DNA of 50,289 nt from the NCBI GenBank assembly GCA_002352565.1, contig DEIQ01000069.1, positions 3,241 through 53,529 of the forward strand. The letters are read 5' to 3'. Under the pieces are notes generated by a model. That model saw only the letters and a program-made list of their open reading frames with translations, searched no databases and had not been told where the DNA came from. Of the stretch, positions 1 through 8,565 are shown in pieces. Position 1 is the first letter of the stretch, and each line of letters opens with the position of its first letter. The position numbers and the translations under genes are program-made. The DNA comes from Proteobacteria bacterium UBA2770 (lineage in GTDB: Bacteria > Pseudomonadota > Gammaproteobacteria > UBA2770).

Positions 1-52
1 GCGCGCAGCGCGTCTGGCCTATCGACCGAGATAACCCGCCCGCCAACGAGCT

Positions 53-140
53 GGCTACCAACTTCGAGCGTGGCACAGACTTGAATCTACTTCAAGAAAA
101 CGCACGTGCTCGCGGGTCGGTGTTGATTGATTTGTTAGGC
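53..140 (-). repeat. attC-like recombination-site candidate downstream of the SDR ORF (degenerate R' end)
   Basis: On the minus strand it starts with GCCTAAC (rc of 134-140, fits RYYYAAC) 2 nt after the SDR stop. Its 5' half GCCTAACAAATCAATCAACACCG aligns with the 5' half of the 936-1076 element. Its 3' half CTGTGCC..GAAGTTGGTAGCC aligns with CTGTGCC..GAACTTGGCGTTAGGC of that element, but the R' box is degenerate. The lower boundary is uncertain. Confidence 0.35.
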
Positions 141-142
141 GT

Positions 143-910
143 TCAGTTTGTTGTCAATCCACCATCAACGGCCAAAATTGCTCCTGTAATCCAACGTGCT
201 TGATCAGATGCAAGAAATACCGTTGCACCCGAAATATCATCGGGTTCGCCGATTCGGCCAAGTGGATAGATAGTTCCAATCATTTCATCGAATTTTGTTT
301 TTCCCTCATCAGTAAGTCTGTTGATATTAGCTTGAACTAACGGGGTATTTACTGTTCCGGGAGCAATTGCATTTACCCGCACGCCCCGTTGGCCTGCCTC
401 ATAGGCGAGGGACTTTGTGAAAGCATCCATTGCCCCTTTACTTAATGAATATGCCGTTGACGGTCTTCCTGGCAACATGCGGTGTGAGAAATAGGACGAA
501 ATGTTTATCACTGAACCTTTTCTGGCCGCAAGCGCATCGAACAGTTGTTGTGTTAGAATGTAAGGTGCTTTTACATTTAGGTTCAGATGTAAATCCAATT
601 CTTCTTCGTTGGTTTCCGTGAATGGGTTAAATCGTGCAATGCCAGCATTGTTTACTAACACATCAACTTCCGGCCATATATTGAGAATATCTTGAGTAGT
701 TTTATTAATAGTCGAGATATTTGATAGGTCTGCCGACAACACATGAACCTCGACATCAAATTGTGAAAGAGTTGCGGCTGATTTTTTGAGGTTCTCTTCA
801 TCTCTGGCTATAAGAAAAACACTGGCATTATTTTTTGCAAATGCCTTGGCAATTCCAAAACCAATGCCATCGGTGCCGCCTGTTATGATTGTTCGTTTGT
901 TTGATAACAT
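143..910 (-). CDS. short-chain dehydrogenase/reductase (classical SDR)
   Basis: 255-aa ORF with an ATG start and a GGAGAG SD 5 nt upstream. Has the TGGTDGIGFG cofactor motif, NNAG, and catalytic YSLSK. GC is clearly lower than in neighbouring core genes. Confidence 0.9.
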   Translation of the reverse strand: MLSNKRTIITGGTDGIGFGIAKAFAKNNASVFLIARDEENLKKSAATLSQFDVEVHVLSADLSNISTINKTTQDILNIWPEVDVLVNNAGIARFNPFTETNEEELDLHLNLNVKAPYILTQQLFDALAARKGSVINISSYFSHRMLPGRPSTAYSLSKGAMDAFTKSLAYEAGQRGVRVNAIAPGTVNTPLVQANINRLTDEGKTKFDEMIGTIYPLGRIGEPDDISGATVFLASDQARWITGAILAVDGGLTTN

Positions 911-935
911 TTATCTCTCCCTTTTATTTTTCTCT

Positions 936-1076
936 GCCTAACGCCAAGTTCAACGGCACAGTGAGCGATGATGCTTTTGTGATAAAATTTGCATAGCAAA
1001 TTCACAAAAGGAGCAGCGCTTGCTGTGTCCAGTGGAGGCCCAACGGGCCGTAACGGGTTGCAACGTCTTGTTATAC
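936..1076 (-). repeat. attC-like structured spacer between the two cassette-like ORFs
   Basis: The minus strand reads GTATAAC (rc 1070-1076) ... GTTAGGC (rc 936-942). The outer arms pair imperfectly with bulges (AAC/GTT, AAG/CTT, TTGCAAC/GTTGAA, CGGC/GCCG). The centre has a perfect nested hairpin, CTTTTGTGA-ATTTGC-TAT-GCAAAT-..-TCACAAAAG. GTTAGGC fits GTTRRRY and lies 25 nt upstream of the SDR ATG. Confidence 0.45.
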
Positions 1077-1092
1077 GCAATTATCATTTTAG

Positions 1093-1338
1093 TTAAGCCA
1101 TAATTTTTAGAGCACAATATGGTACTAGATTGAAAATAAATATGCCAAATTTGTAATTACCGAGAAAATTGAAATACAACTCATCAAGCTTATCGGGCGA
1201 AATATGTACCATCTTCGCATGCAGTTTTTTTACTGGTGCATTAAATATAATTATCATTATAGAGGTGTATGTAAGCATCCCTATATTGATTATTGTGCAC
1301 CAACCAAGAAAAGTAGTAATCGTAGATAAATTTTCCAT
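1093..1338 (-). CDS. small hypothetical membrane protein (two predicted hydrophobic helices)
   Basis: 81-aa ORF with an ATG start and AGGA 4 nt upstream. It has two hydrophobic stretches (ITTFLGWCTIINIGMLTYTSIMIIIF and FGIFIFNLVPYCALKI). It is very AT-rich and I recognise no family. Confidence 0.5.
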   Translation of the reverse strand: MENLSTITTFLGWCTIINIGMLTYTSIMIIIFNAPVKKLHAKMVHISPDKLDELYFNFLGNYKFGIFIFNLVPYCALKIMA

Positions 1339-1381
1339 ATTCCTATTCCCTGATTATTTTATTTGTATAACAGTGAACTAG

Positions 1382-1442
1382 ACAGAAACCTCTATTAATT
1401 TACTATACGGATGCTGCCTGGTAAGTTAATAGAGGTTTCTGT
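1382..1442. repeat. perfect 17-bp inverted repeat (hairpin) between the radA stop and the first cassette-like ORF
   Basis: ACAGAAACCTCTATTAA (1382-1398) and TTAATAGAGGTTTCTGT (1426-1442) are exact reverse complements separated by 27 nt. There is no T-run on either side, so it is not a canonical intrinsic terminator. Confidence 0.8.
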
Positions 1443-1510
1443 TCCAAGGAATCGATCTCTTCCGGCGGGCATCCACCATTCAAATCCAGGAAATTCGGAT
1501 CAGCGCTCGC

Positions 1511-2887
1511 TCAGGCGAGATCAGCGCTGGTAAGCGCTTCTTGCAAATCGGTGACCACATGCAATTGCATGCCTTCGATCCCTTGGCGGGGCGCGTTCCC
1601 TTTGGGGACAATGGCCCGGGTAAAACCGTGCTGCGCTGCTTCCATCAAACGCAGCTCTCCATTGGGTACGGGACGAACTTCACCACTCAGACCCACTTCA
1701 CCAAAAACCGCCAGACTGCGATCCACCGGGCGGTTTTTAAGGCTTGAAGTGACGGCCAGCAACATGGGTAGATCGGTGCTCGTTTCAGTGACCCGCATGC
1801 CACCGACCACGTTAATAAATACATCAAGCCCGGCCGTTTGTACGCCGCCATGGCGATGCAAAACCGCCAGCAGCATCATAAGACGGGATGAGTCAATGCC
1901 CATGGATAATCGGCGCACCCCTGCAGAACCATTGGCAGTATCAGTCAAAGCCTGCACTTCGAGCAAAAGCGCCCGGGTTCCTTCCTGAATGCAGGCGATT
2001 ACGCTGCCGCTGGAATTTTTTTCCGAGCGGGAGAGAAACAGAGCAGATGGGTTGGTTATTTCCTTGAGCCCCTGTTCGGTCATCAGAAAAACCGCCAGTT
2101 CGTTGATCGTTCCAAAGCGGTTCTTAAAGGCGCGTACCATCCGAAAGCGGCTGCCAGCATCGCTTTCAAAATAGAGTACCGTATCCACCATATGTTCCAG
2201 AACCTTGGGGCCGGCAATATGTCCCTCTCGGGTGACATGCCCGATCAGCAACATGGTAATCCCTTGCTGCTTGGCGCAACGCACCAGCATCGCTGCGCAT
2301 TCCCGTACCTGCGACACTGTACCAGGCGCCGATGGCAATTGATCGCTATAAGCGCTCTGTATCGAATCGAGTACCACCAGAGCAGGCTTCTGCTGTTGAA
2401 TGACATGAAGAACCTGTTCCACGCAGGATTCGGTAAACAGCGAGATAGGCGCCTGATGGACGCCAAGCCGCCGCGCCCGCAGCGCTATTTGTTCCCTGGA
2501 TTCTTCGCCGGCGACATAAAGGCATTTCATCCCTTGCGCCAAAAAACCCACGAGTTGCAACAAAAGCGTAGACTTGCCAATCCCCGGCTCACCTCCGAGC
2601 AGGGTTACCGAGCCGGGAACCAGCCCGGAACCCAGAACCCGGTCCATCTCGGAACTACCGCAGCTAACCCGTTGAGGCGGCTGGCTACTGATGGCGGATA
2701 ACGCAACCACTTCAGATGATTGCCCGGCGTATCCCCCTGCAAGAATGGGTCTGGATGGATGCGCGACCGGTGGTGGGGCTTCGACTATGGCATCCCAGCT
2801 TTTGCATTCGGGGCATTGCCCCGCCCAGCGCGGCATAAAAACACCACAATTCTGGCAAACATAACCAGTTTTATGCGAACGCGCCAT
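1511..2887 (-). CDS. radA: DNA repair protein RadA (Sms)
   Basis: 458 aa. N-terminal zinc finger CQNCG..CPEC, Walker A GEPGIGKST, the KNRFG RadA motif, and a Lon-like C-terminal domain. Confidence 0.95.
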   Translation of the reverse strand: MARSHKTGYVCQNCGVFMPRWAGQCPECKSWDAIVEAPPPVAHPSRPILAGGYAGQSSEVVALSAISSQPPQRVSCGSSEMDRVLGSGLVPGSVTLLGGEPGIGKSTLLLQLVGFLAQGMKCLYVAGEESREQIALRARRLGVHQAPISLFTESCVEQVLHVIQQQKPALVVLDSIQSAYSDQLPSAPGTVSQVRECAAMLVRCAKQQGITMLLIGHVTREGHIAGPKVLEHMVDTVLYFESDAGSRFRMVRAFKNRFGTINELAVFLMTEQGLKEITNPSALFLSRSEKNSSGSVIACIQEGTRALLLEVQALTDTANGSAGVRRLSMGIDSSRLMMLLAVLHRHGGVQTAGLDVFINVVGGMRVTETSTDLPMLLAVTSSLKNRPVDRSLAVFGEVGLSGEVRPVPNGELRLMEAAQHGFTRAIVPKGNAPRQGIEGMQLHVVTDLQEALTSADLA

Positions 2888-4001
2888 GATGATCAGCCCG
2901 ATGAACCTTCGTGATCCTGTCCTCGTACTGATACGTGAGATGATCGCCGAGGCGGGTTAACAGATGATAGGGCGAAACACCGCTCTGCCTGGCCATGGAT
3001 TCAATAGGCATCGTTTCATCCCAAAGCGTCACTTGATCGCCCGGTTGCTCCCTGGCGTTATCACCAAGATCGACAGCGATCATATCCATGCTTGTCCGTC
3101 CCACTGCCGGAACTACGCGGGAACCTATCGCGACATGAAATCCTCCATGCGCAGGCATGCCATTGGCGTATCCAGCGGCCACGATACCAATGGTGGTTGG
3201 TTTACTCGCCCCCCACTCCCCGCCATAACCCACGGCATCACCGGGCTTGAGATGTCGCAGAGCGAGGAGACGACTGTACAGCCGCATAACGGGTTTAAGC
3301 CCCCAATCAGCCCCGCTCTCCCCTTGGGCATAGAAAGGGCTGATGCCAAATAAAGCCAACCCCGATCGACTCCAGGAACAACTCAGGGCAGGCCACTGCA
3401 TCAGCGCTGCCGAATTGGCAATACTGCGTGGCAGGGCCCAACCGGCACCTGTTTTAAGAAAACATTGCCACTGTCGGCGTGTGGCATCTTCTTCCGCTGG
3501 TAAATCAGCATCAGCGAGATGACTCATTAAAGTCACTGGCCAGTGCACGTTGTTGAAACTTCTCAAAGTTCGCAGAGTTAATTCAACGTTGTCAGGATGG
3601 AACCCCAGACGATTCATGCCTGTATTAAACTTCAACCATATGGCATGTTTCTGAAAAAGGTATTGTTTTTGCTTGAGAAAATCCAGTTGATACGAGTCAT
3701 GCACCACCAGCGTTGCTTCGAGACTGGAAGCCTGAGCAAACTCATGGATATCAAGGGCGCCTCCGAGCAGCACGATAGGCGTACGAATGCCGACAGCGCG
3801 CAAGCGCCTCAATTCCTCTGCGTGAACCACTCCAAATGCGTCCACTTGTTGCGTAAGCGCCTGCGCTACCGGCTCCAGCCCATGACCATAGGCATTGGAC
3901 TTAATCACCGCCAGTATCTTTGCTCCACCTGCCCATTGGCGGAGCAGTGCAGCATTGTGTCGTAACGCAGCATAGTCAATATGAGCGGAAATACGTATCA
4001 T
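2871..4001 (-). CDS. alr: alanine racemase
   Basis: 376 aa. Has the PLP-lysine context AVIKSNAYGHG and alanine racemase C-terminal domain features. Its stop overlaps the radA start by 17 nt and its start overlaps the dnaB stop (ATGA). Confidence 0.9.
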   Translation of the reverse strand: MIRISAHIDYAALRHNAALLRQWAGGAKILAVIKSNAYGHGLEPVAQALTQQVDAFGVVHAEELRRLRAVGIRTPIVLLGGALDIHEFAQASSLEATLVVHDSYQLDFLKQKQYLFQKHAIWLKFNTGMNRLGFHPDNVELTLRTLRSFNNVHWPVTLMSHLADADLPAEEDATRRQWQCFLKTGAGWALPRSIANSAALMQWPALSCSWSRSGLALFGISPFYAQGESGADWGLKPVMRLYSRLLALRHLKPGDAVGYGGEWGASKPTTIGIVAAGYANGMPAHGGFHVAIGSRVVPAVGRTSMDMIAVDLGDNAREQPGDQVTLWDETMPIESMARQSGVSPYHLLTRLGDHLTYQYEDRITKVHRADHHGAFA

Positions 4002-5386
4002 ATGGGGATCAAATCAATGACGCTGCTCGAATCGGCCAAATGATTATCAAAACGGGTAAATTCACCCCTAAATGTCACTCTACAGGTACCAGTAGGACCA
4101 TTGCGATGTTTACCTATGATGATTTCCGCGATGCCCTTATCCGGACTATCTTCATTATAAACTTCATCGCGATAGATGAAGATCACCAGATCGGCATCCT
4201 GCTCAATACTACCCGATTCCCTCAGATCCGACATAACAGGGCGTTTGCTGGGTCGTTGCTCAAGATTTCGGTTGAGCTGGGACAAGGCGATAACAGGAAT
4301 CTTCAGTTCCTTGGCCAGCGCCTTGAGATTGCGTGAAATCTCGGATATTTCGTTAACCCGATTTTCTTTGGCATTACCGGACTGCATGAGTTGCAAATAA
4401 TCGATCACTAGCAGACCTATGTTCTGTTCGCGTTTCATGCGCCTTGCTCGCGCCCGCAGTTCCGTAGACGTTAAACCCGGACTATCGTCAATAAAAAGGC
4501 AGGCTTCACTGATCATGGGAACCGCAGACGTAATACGGGCCCAATCCTCATCCTCAAGAGAACCCGTGCGCAACCGACTCTGATTGATCCGCCCAAACGC
4601 TGCCACCATGCGCATGGCAAGTTGTTCACCTGGCATTTCCATGCTGAAGATACCAGTCGGAATATGCGCATTCAATGCAGCATGCTCGGCAATATTCATG
4701 GCGAGACTGGTTTTTCCCATGGACGGCCGACCGGCGAGAATAATCAAATCACCGGACTGCAATCCTGCGGTCATATGATCCAGATCGGTTAATCCGGTCG
4801 CCACGCCGGTAATATGTCCTTTATTTTGGTAAAGCTCATGCACGCGGGGCATGACCGCATCCATCAATTGCTTCATGGATGCATATTCGCGTTGATTACG
4901 CCCCCCCTGCTCAGCAATAGCAAAAATCTGCTGCTCACTCCAGTCCAGAAGCTGATCAACCGACGGATGACGAACCTGAAAAGCCGCTTCAGCGATTTGG
5001 TTGGCGCTTTGTATCAACTGGCGCAGAACGGAACGTTCACGCACAATACCGGCGTACGCTCCCACATTGATAACAACGGGTGTATTTTTACTGAGCATGG
5101 CACAATAGCTGAATGCCTCCGAACCCTCCATCAGTCCTTTGCTACCAAGCCACTCGCTGACGGTGATAATATCGACCGCCACACCATCCAGGCAAAGTGC
5201 CTGGATGGCGCGAAAAATGAGACCATGATCACGCTGATAAAAATCAGACTCAACCAGTATTGCTTCCAGAACTTCCCATCGGCCGTTGTCCAGAAGTACC
5301 GCGCCGAGAACCGCCTGTTCGGCTTCCACAGAATGGGGCGGAATGCGACCTCCATCCTGATCTTCGCTCAAAGCCAGCGAAGCCAT
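3998..5386 (-). CDS. dnaB: replicative DNA helicase DnaB
   Basis: IPPHSVEAEQAVLG N-terminal motif, Walker A GRPSMGKTS, and RecA-like C-terminal domain. The ORF track starts at a TTG (5389). The ATG one codon downstream (5386) is preferred. Confidence 0.95.
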   Translation of the reverse strand: MASLALSEDQDGGRIPPHSVEAEQAVLGAVLLDNGRWEVLEAILVESDFYQRDHGLIFRAIQALCLDGVAVDIITVSEWLGSKGLMEGSEAFSYCAMLSKNTPVVINVGAYAGIVRERSVLRQLIQSANQIAEAAFQVRHPSVDQLLDWSEQQIFAIAEQGGRNQREYASMKQLMDAVMPRVHELYQNKGHITGVATGLTDLDHMTAGLQSGDLIILAGRPSMGKTSLAMNIAEHAALNAHIPTGIFSMEMPGEQLAMRMVAAFGRINQSRLRTGSLEDEDWARITSAVPMISEACLFIDDSPGLTSTELRARARRMKREQNIGLLVIDYLQLMQSGNAKENRVNEISEISRNLKALAKELKIPVIALSQLNRNLEQRPSKRPVMSDLRESGSIEQDADLVIFIYRDEVYNEDSPDKGIAEIIIGKHRNGPTGTCRVTFRGEFTRFDNHLADSSSVIDLIPI

Positions 5387-5587
5387 CAACGTTTACCCTT
5401 AAAAGGCATCATATCTGCCTACCCCTGCCGTTAACTTCGGACAGTAGTCGCTCAAAAAACAACGATGAGAACCAATTATTGACAAAGCGGCTGTTGTTGG
5501 AGTGCAGACCATGATCAGCCTCCTTCCCACAAAACGGGCTTAACCTGTCGCAGCAGATCAAGAGGACTGGCTAGAACATGGCACCAG

Positions 5588-6034
5588 TCAATTAGCGCTT
5601 ACTTCCGCGTCCAATTCTACAGTGACATTGGGGTGCAGCCGAATTTGCATCTTATAGTTGCCCAGCTTTCGAATAGAACCTTCGGCCAAGAGCACCTGAC
5701 GTTTGACCACCTTGAAACCCAGCCTATTCAATTCTTCACTGATTTCAGATGACCCAATCGATCCATAAAGCTTGCCTTCCGGACCTGCCTTAGCCCGGAT
5801 GGTCAAACGAACTTCCGAGAGCTTCTCGGATTCAGACTGCGCCTGCGCCAATGCATCGGCAGCTTCCTTCTCCAATTGAGCTCTGCGTTCCTCAAAACGC
5901 TCCCTATGTTCACGGGTCGCGGGAACAGCAAACCCGAAAGGGATAAGGTAATTGCGCGCATAGCCAGCGCGTACCGCTACCTCATCTCCCAGATGACCAA
6001 GGTTTTCGATTCGATTCAACAGAATCACATTCAT
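5588..6034 (-). CDS. rplI: 50S ribosomal protein L9
   Basis: 148 aa. MNVILL..V..LG..GD.V.V..GYARNYLIP is the classic L9 N-terminus. Confidence 0.95.
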   Translation of the reverse strand: MNVILLNRIENLGHLGDEVAVRAGYARNYLIPFGFAVPATREHRERFEERRAQLEKEAADALAQAQSESEKLSEVRLTIRAKAGPEGKLYGSIGSSEISEELNRLGFKVVKRQVLLAEGSIRKLGNYKMQIRLHPNVTVELDAEVSAN

Positions 6035-6078
6035 GTTCTCTCAACTCCTGAAATATATAAATTATATGACGGGCAATG

Positions 6079-7002
6079 TTATGATGTTCCGGATTCATTA
6101 CCGAGACGGGCTCGTATATCCGTCCAACTATCAATAACCGCCAATGCCGCCAGAAACAACCAGATAATCCCGATCAAGGGAAATAAAAAAATCATGCTCG
6201 CGTAACCCATGCCCATCCAAACCCATGGAATGCCTTTATATGCCGCCCATGCATGGATGATCGCCAAACCCTGGATAGCCAGCAGACCAACGAGCACCAT
6301 GGAGGTATTCCTCATGATTGCCATGCCGGTAATCATGGCAATCAGCACGCAACCCACCAGCACGGCACCGAATTGCCATCGGAAACCGATGGAAAGGAAT
6401 TCCCTGGAAAATGCACCGGGGCGAAACAATCTTGATTGCCAGAAACGCCCAAGAATCAACCCGCCGGCACTATGCAGCAGAATGATCGCACCTGTCAAAC
6501 CAGGCATATTCGGCGCAAGCATGGTAGTCATTTCATCGAGGGACCACCCCGCCTGATCGCCAAGCGTCTCATACTCCGAACGATCCAGCAACTTTTTGAG
6601 CCAGACTTCCCATTGCCCGACCGGATCGTCCATCAACCCATAAAAGCTCATACAGACGGCAATTGCAATCAAAGCCAAAACCTGCAAACCGGATTCCATC
6701 CTGCCGCTATTGTGAACGATCCACCCCGTCGCGCCTTCCATGATCATATAACCCACCCACACCATGGAAACCCAAAACAGCATGGAGTCTTGGGCGAAAA
6801 AAGAGAACGCGGCAATACAAATACCGGAAACAATGATTAAACGGAACACCGCCGCCGCGCCATATTGCATGGCGAGCATAGCGATAATCGCCCCTCCGGG
6901 AATATTCATCAGGGGAATAACCAGGGACGCATAAAACAGAATAATCAGCAACAGCACAGTCGGCCAAAAACCACTGTTTGCCCAGCGCGCCAGAAACACC
7001 AT
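6079..7002 (-). CDS. multi-pass inner-membrane protein conserved between rpsR and rplI
   Basis: 307 aa, hydrophobic throughout (about 8 helices), ATG start. A membrane ORF at this position in the rpsF-rpsR-rplI operon is typical of several Gammaproteobacteria (from memory of Pseudomonas gene order). Confidence 0.7.
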   Translation of the reverse strand: MVFLARWANSGFWPTVLLLIILFYASLVIPLMNIPGGAIIAMLAMQYGAAAVFRLIIVSGICIAAFSFFAQDSMLFWVSMVWVGYMIMEGATGWIVHNSGRMESGLQVLALIAIAVCMSFYGLMDDPVGQWEVWLKKLLDRSEYETLGDQAGWSLDEMTTMLAPNMPGLTGAIILLHSAGGLILGRFWQSRLFRPGAFSREFLSIGFRWQFGAVLVGCVLIAMITGMAIMRNTSMVLVGLLAIQGLAIIHAWAAYKGIPWVWMGMGYASMIFLFPLIGIIWLFLAALAVIDSWTDIRARLGNESGTS

Positions 7003-7054
7003 GGTTACAGCCCCCGCTCGCCTGTTGCAGGCTTTGCGTCACAACCTGACTAAT

Positions 7055-7288
7055 TTATGGAAGGTAGTGACGATCCGTATAAGGCAACAAAGCCAGAAAT
7101 CGAGCTCGTTTGATGGCTCTGTTCAATTGCCTCTGATATCGTGCGTTGGTACCGGTAATCCGGCTCGGAACGATCTTTCCGGCCTCGGTGATATACCCTT
7201 TCAGAGTTGCCAGATCTTTATAATCGATTTCGGTGATACCTTCGGCGGTAAAGTGACAATATTTGCGCCTTCTCATAATTCGGGACAT
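7055..7288 (-). CDS. rpsR: 30S ribosomal protein S18
   Basis: 77 aa. [53 protein letters not shown]. Confidence 0.95.
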   Translation of the reverse strand: MSRIMRRRKYCHFTAEGITEIDYKDLATLKGYITEAGKIVPSRITGTNARYQRQLNRAIKRARFLALLPYTDRHYLP

Positions 7289-7346
7289 AATTCTTTTCCT
7301 GTCAACAACTTGGTTTCTTCCAGCACTGTTGCTCCACCGACAGCAT

Positions 7347-7682
7347 TCAAGCCGTGGAAGCTTCCTGACCGCGCATCATCGGCGATGCCTCACTATCCCC
7401 ACTCGGGCGGGTAACCAACATGTGGCGGATAATAATTTCATTAAACTTGATCCGCTCCTCAAGCGCAATGCGAGTAGCATTATCACATTCGATATTCATC
7501 AGAACGTAATGCGCCTTATGTATTTTATTGATGGGATAGGCCAATTGTCTCCTGCCCCAATCCTCATGGCGATGGATCAGTCCGCCGGCTTCCTTGATCA
7601 TGTTCTGATAACCGTCTATCGTGGCGGAAACCTGTTCACTCTGATCCGGATGAATCAAAATGACCATTTCGTAGTGTCTCAT
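7347..7682 (-). CDS. rpsF: 30S ribosomal protein S6
   Basis: [18 protein letters not shown] is the canonical S6 N-terminus. This internal ATG (7682) has an AGAGGA SD 6 nt upstream, so the 29-codon upstream extension in the ORF track is rejected. No priB lies between rpsF and rpsR. Confidence 0.9.
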   Translation of the reverse strand: MRHYEMVILIHPDQSEQVSATIDGYQNMIKEAGGLIHRHEDWGRRQLAYPINKIHKAHYVLMNIECDNATRIALEERIKFNEIIIRHMLVTRPSGDSEASPMMRGQEASTA

Positions 7683-7773
7683 GGGATATCCTCTGAATAA
7701 TTGCTTTCCAATACCCGTCTGTGCCCGAAGTTCTGGAGTAAATTCTGCATTATAAAGCAGATGAATCACTCTA

Positions 7774-8565
7774 TCAATGTTTCAGAACGCCCGGAGCGCG
7801 TCTTTTCCATTCAAATAGACATATACCAGCCGCAACAGAAACGTTCAAGCTTTCAAACCCGTTTGCCATCGGAATAAACACCATCTGGTCACAAAGCCGA
7901 CGAGTAAGTTGGCGCAAGCCCTCATGTTCGGAACCCAGAACCAGCGCCAGCGGTCCGGCCATATCGGCATCATAAAGGGAAACCGTACCTTCTGCGGCGG
8001 TTCCGATGATCCAGACACCATGGTCGCGCAGCAAACGCAGCGTCCGCGCCAGATTGGCAACCCGGTAAATGGACAATCGGTGCGCAGCCCCCGAGGCAAT
8101 CCGGCAAGCCTCCGGATTGAGTGGCGCGCTGTTCCGCGCCGGCAAGATGATACCGTCGACCCCGGCAGCGGCGGCACTGCGCATGCACGCGCCAAAATTA
8201 TGCACATCCGTGATACCATCAAGCACCAGCCAGTTTCCGGGTACGGGGCTTTCCCGCAACCTGTCTTTCAAACTCGCTTCGTTACCTTGATGCGGCAAAC
8301 TAACTTCCGCCATGATGCCTTGATGACGGCCTTGACAACAGGCATCAAACTGCTTCCGATCCCAGTACTCGACCGAAATGCCGCGCTCGTTGGCCATATG
8401 CGCCAGTTTGTCGAGGCGTGGATCATTTTTTTTTTCCAGCCATAAGCGGTGAACCATTGCAGCAGAATCGTCAACAAGCCCGACTATGACATGTTCCCCC
8501 CACAAGCGGATGAAGGCTTCTTTACGCATATTTGTTGGTCTGCGGTCAGGATTCTGTTTCTTCAT
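7774..8565 (-). CDS. rlmB: 23S rRNA (guanosine-2'-O)-methyltransferase RlmB (SpoU/TrmH family)
   Basis: 263 aa. SpoU motifs are present (LDGITDVHNFGACMRSAAAAG, LVLGSEHEGL, IPM.G..ESLNVSVAAGI). The start overlaps the rnr stop (ATGA), and the true start could be the internal Met. Confidence 0.85.
   Translation of the reverse strand: MKKQNPDRRPTNMRKEAFIRLWGEHVIVGLVDDSAAMVHRLWLEKKNDPRLDKLAHMANERGISVEYWDRKQFDACCQGRHQGIMAEVSLPHQGNEASLKDRLRESPVPGNWLVLDGITDVHNFGACMRSAAAAGVDGIILPARNSAPLNPEACRIASGAAHRLSIYRVANLARTLRLLRDHGVWIIGTAAEGTVSLYDADMAGPLALVLGSEHEGLRQLTRRLCDQMVFIPMANGFESLNVSVAAGICLFEWKRRAPGVLKH

Noticed and set aside
3-203. Open frame running in from the left edge on the plus strand (..VWPIDRDNPPANELATNFERGTDLNLLQENARARGSVLIDLL..)
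   Set aside because: It has no start in the window and no recognisable family. It overlaps the convergent SDR 3' end by about 60 nt and coincides with the attC-like element, so it cannot be supported as a gene.
883-1080. 65-aa minus-strand ORF across the SDR / small-ORF spacer
   Set aside because: It lies entirely within the structured attC-like spacer, overlaps the SDR start, and has no SD or family signal. It is probably an artefact of the palindromic sequence.
7683-7769. 29-codon N-terminal extension of rpsF in the ORF track
   Set aside because: The canonical S6 N-terminus MRHYE.. begins at the internal ATG, which has its own AGAGGA SD. The extension has no homology logic.
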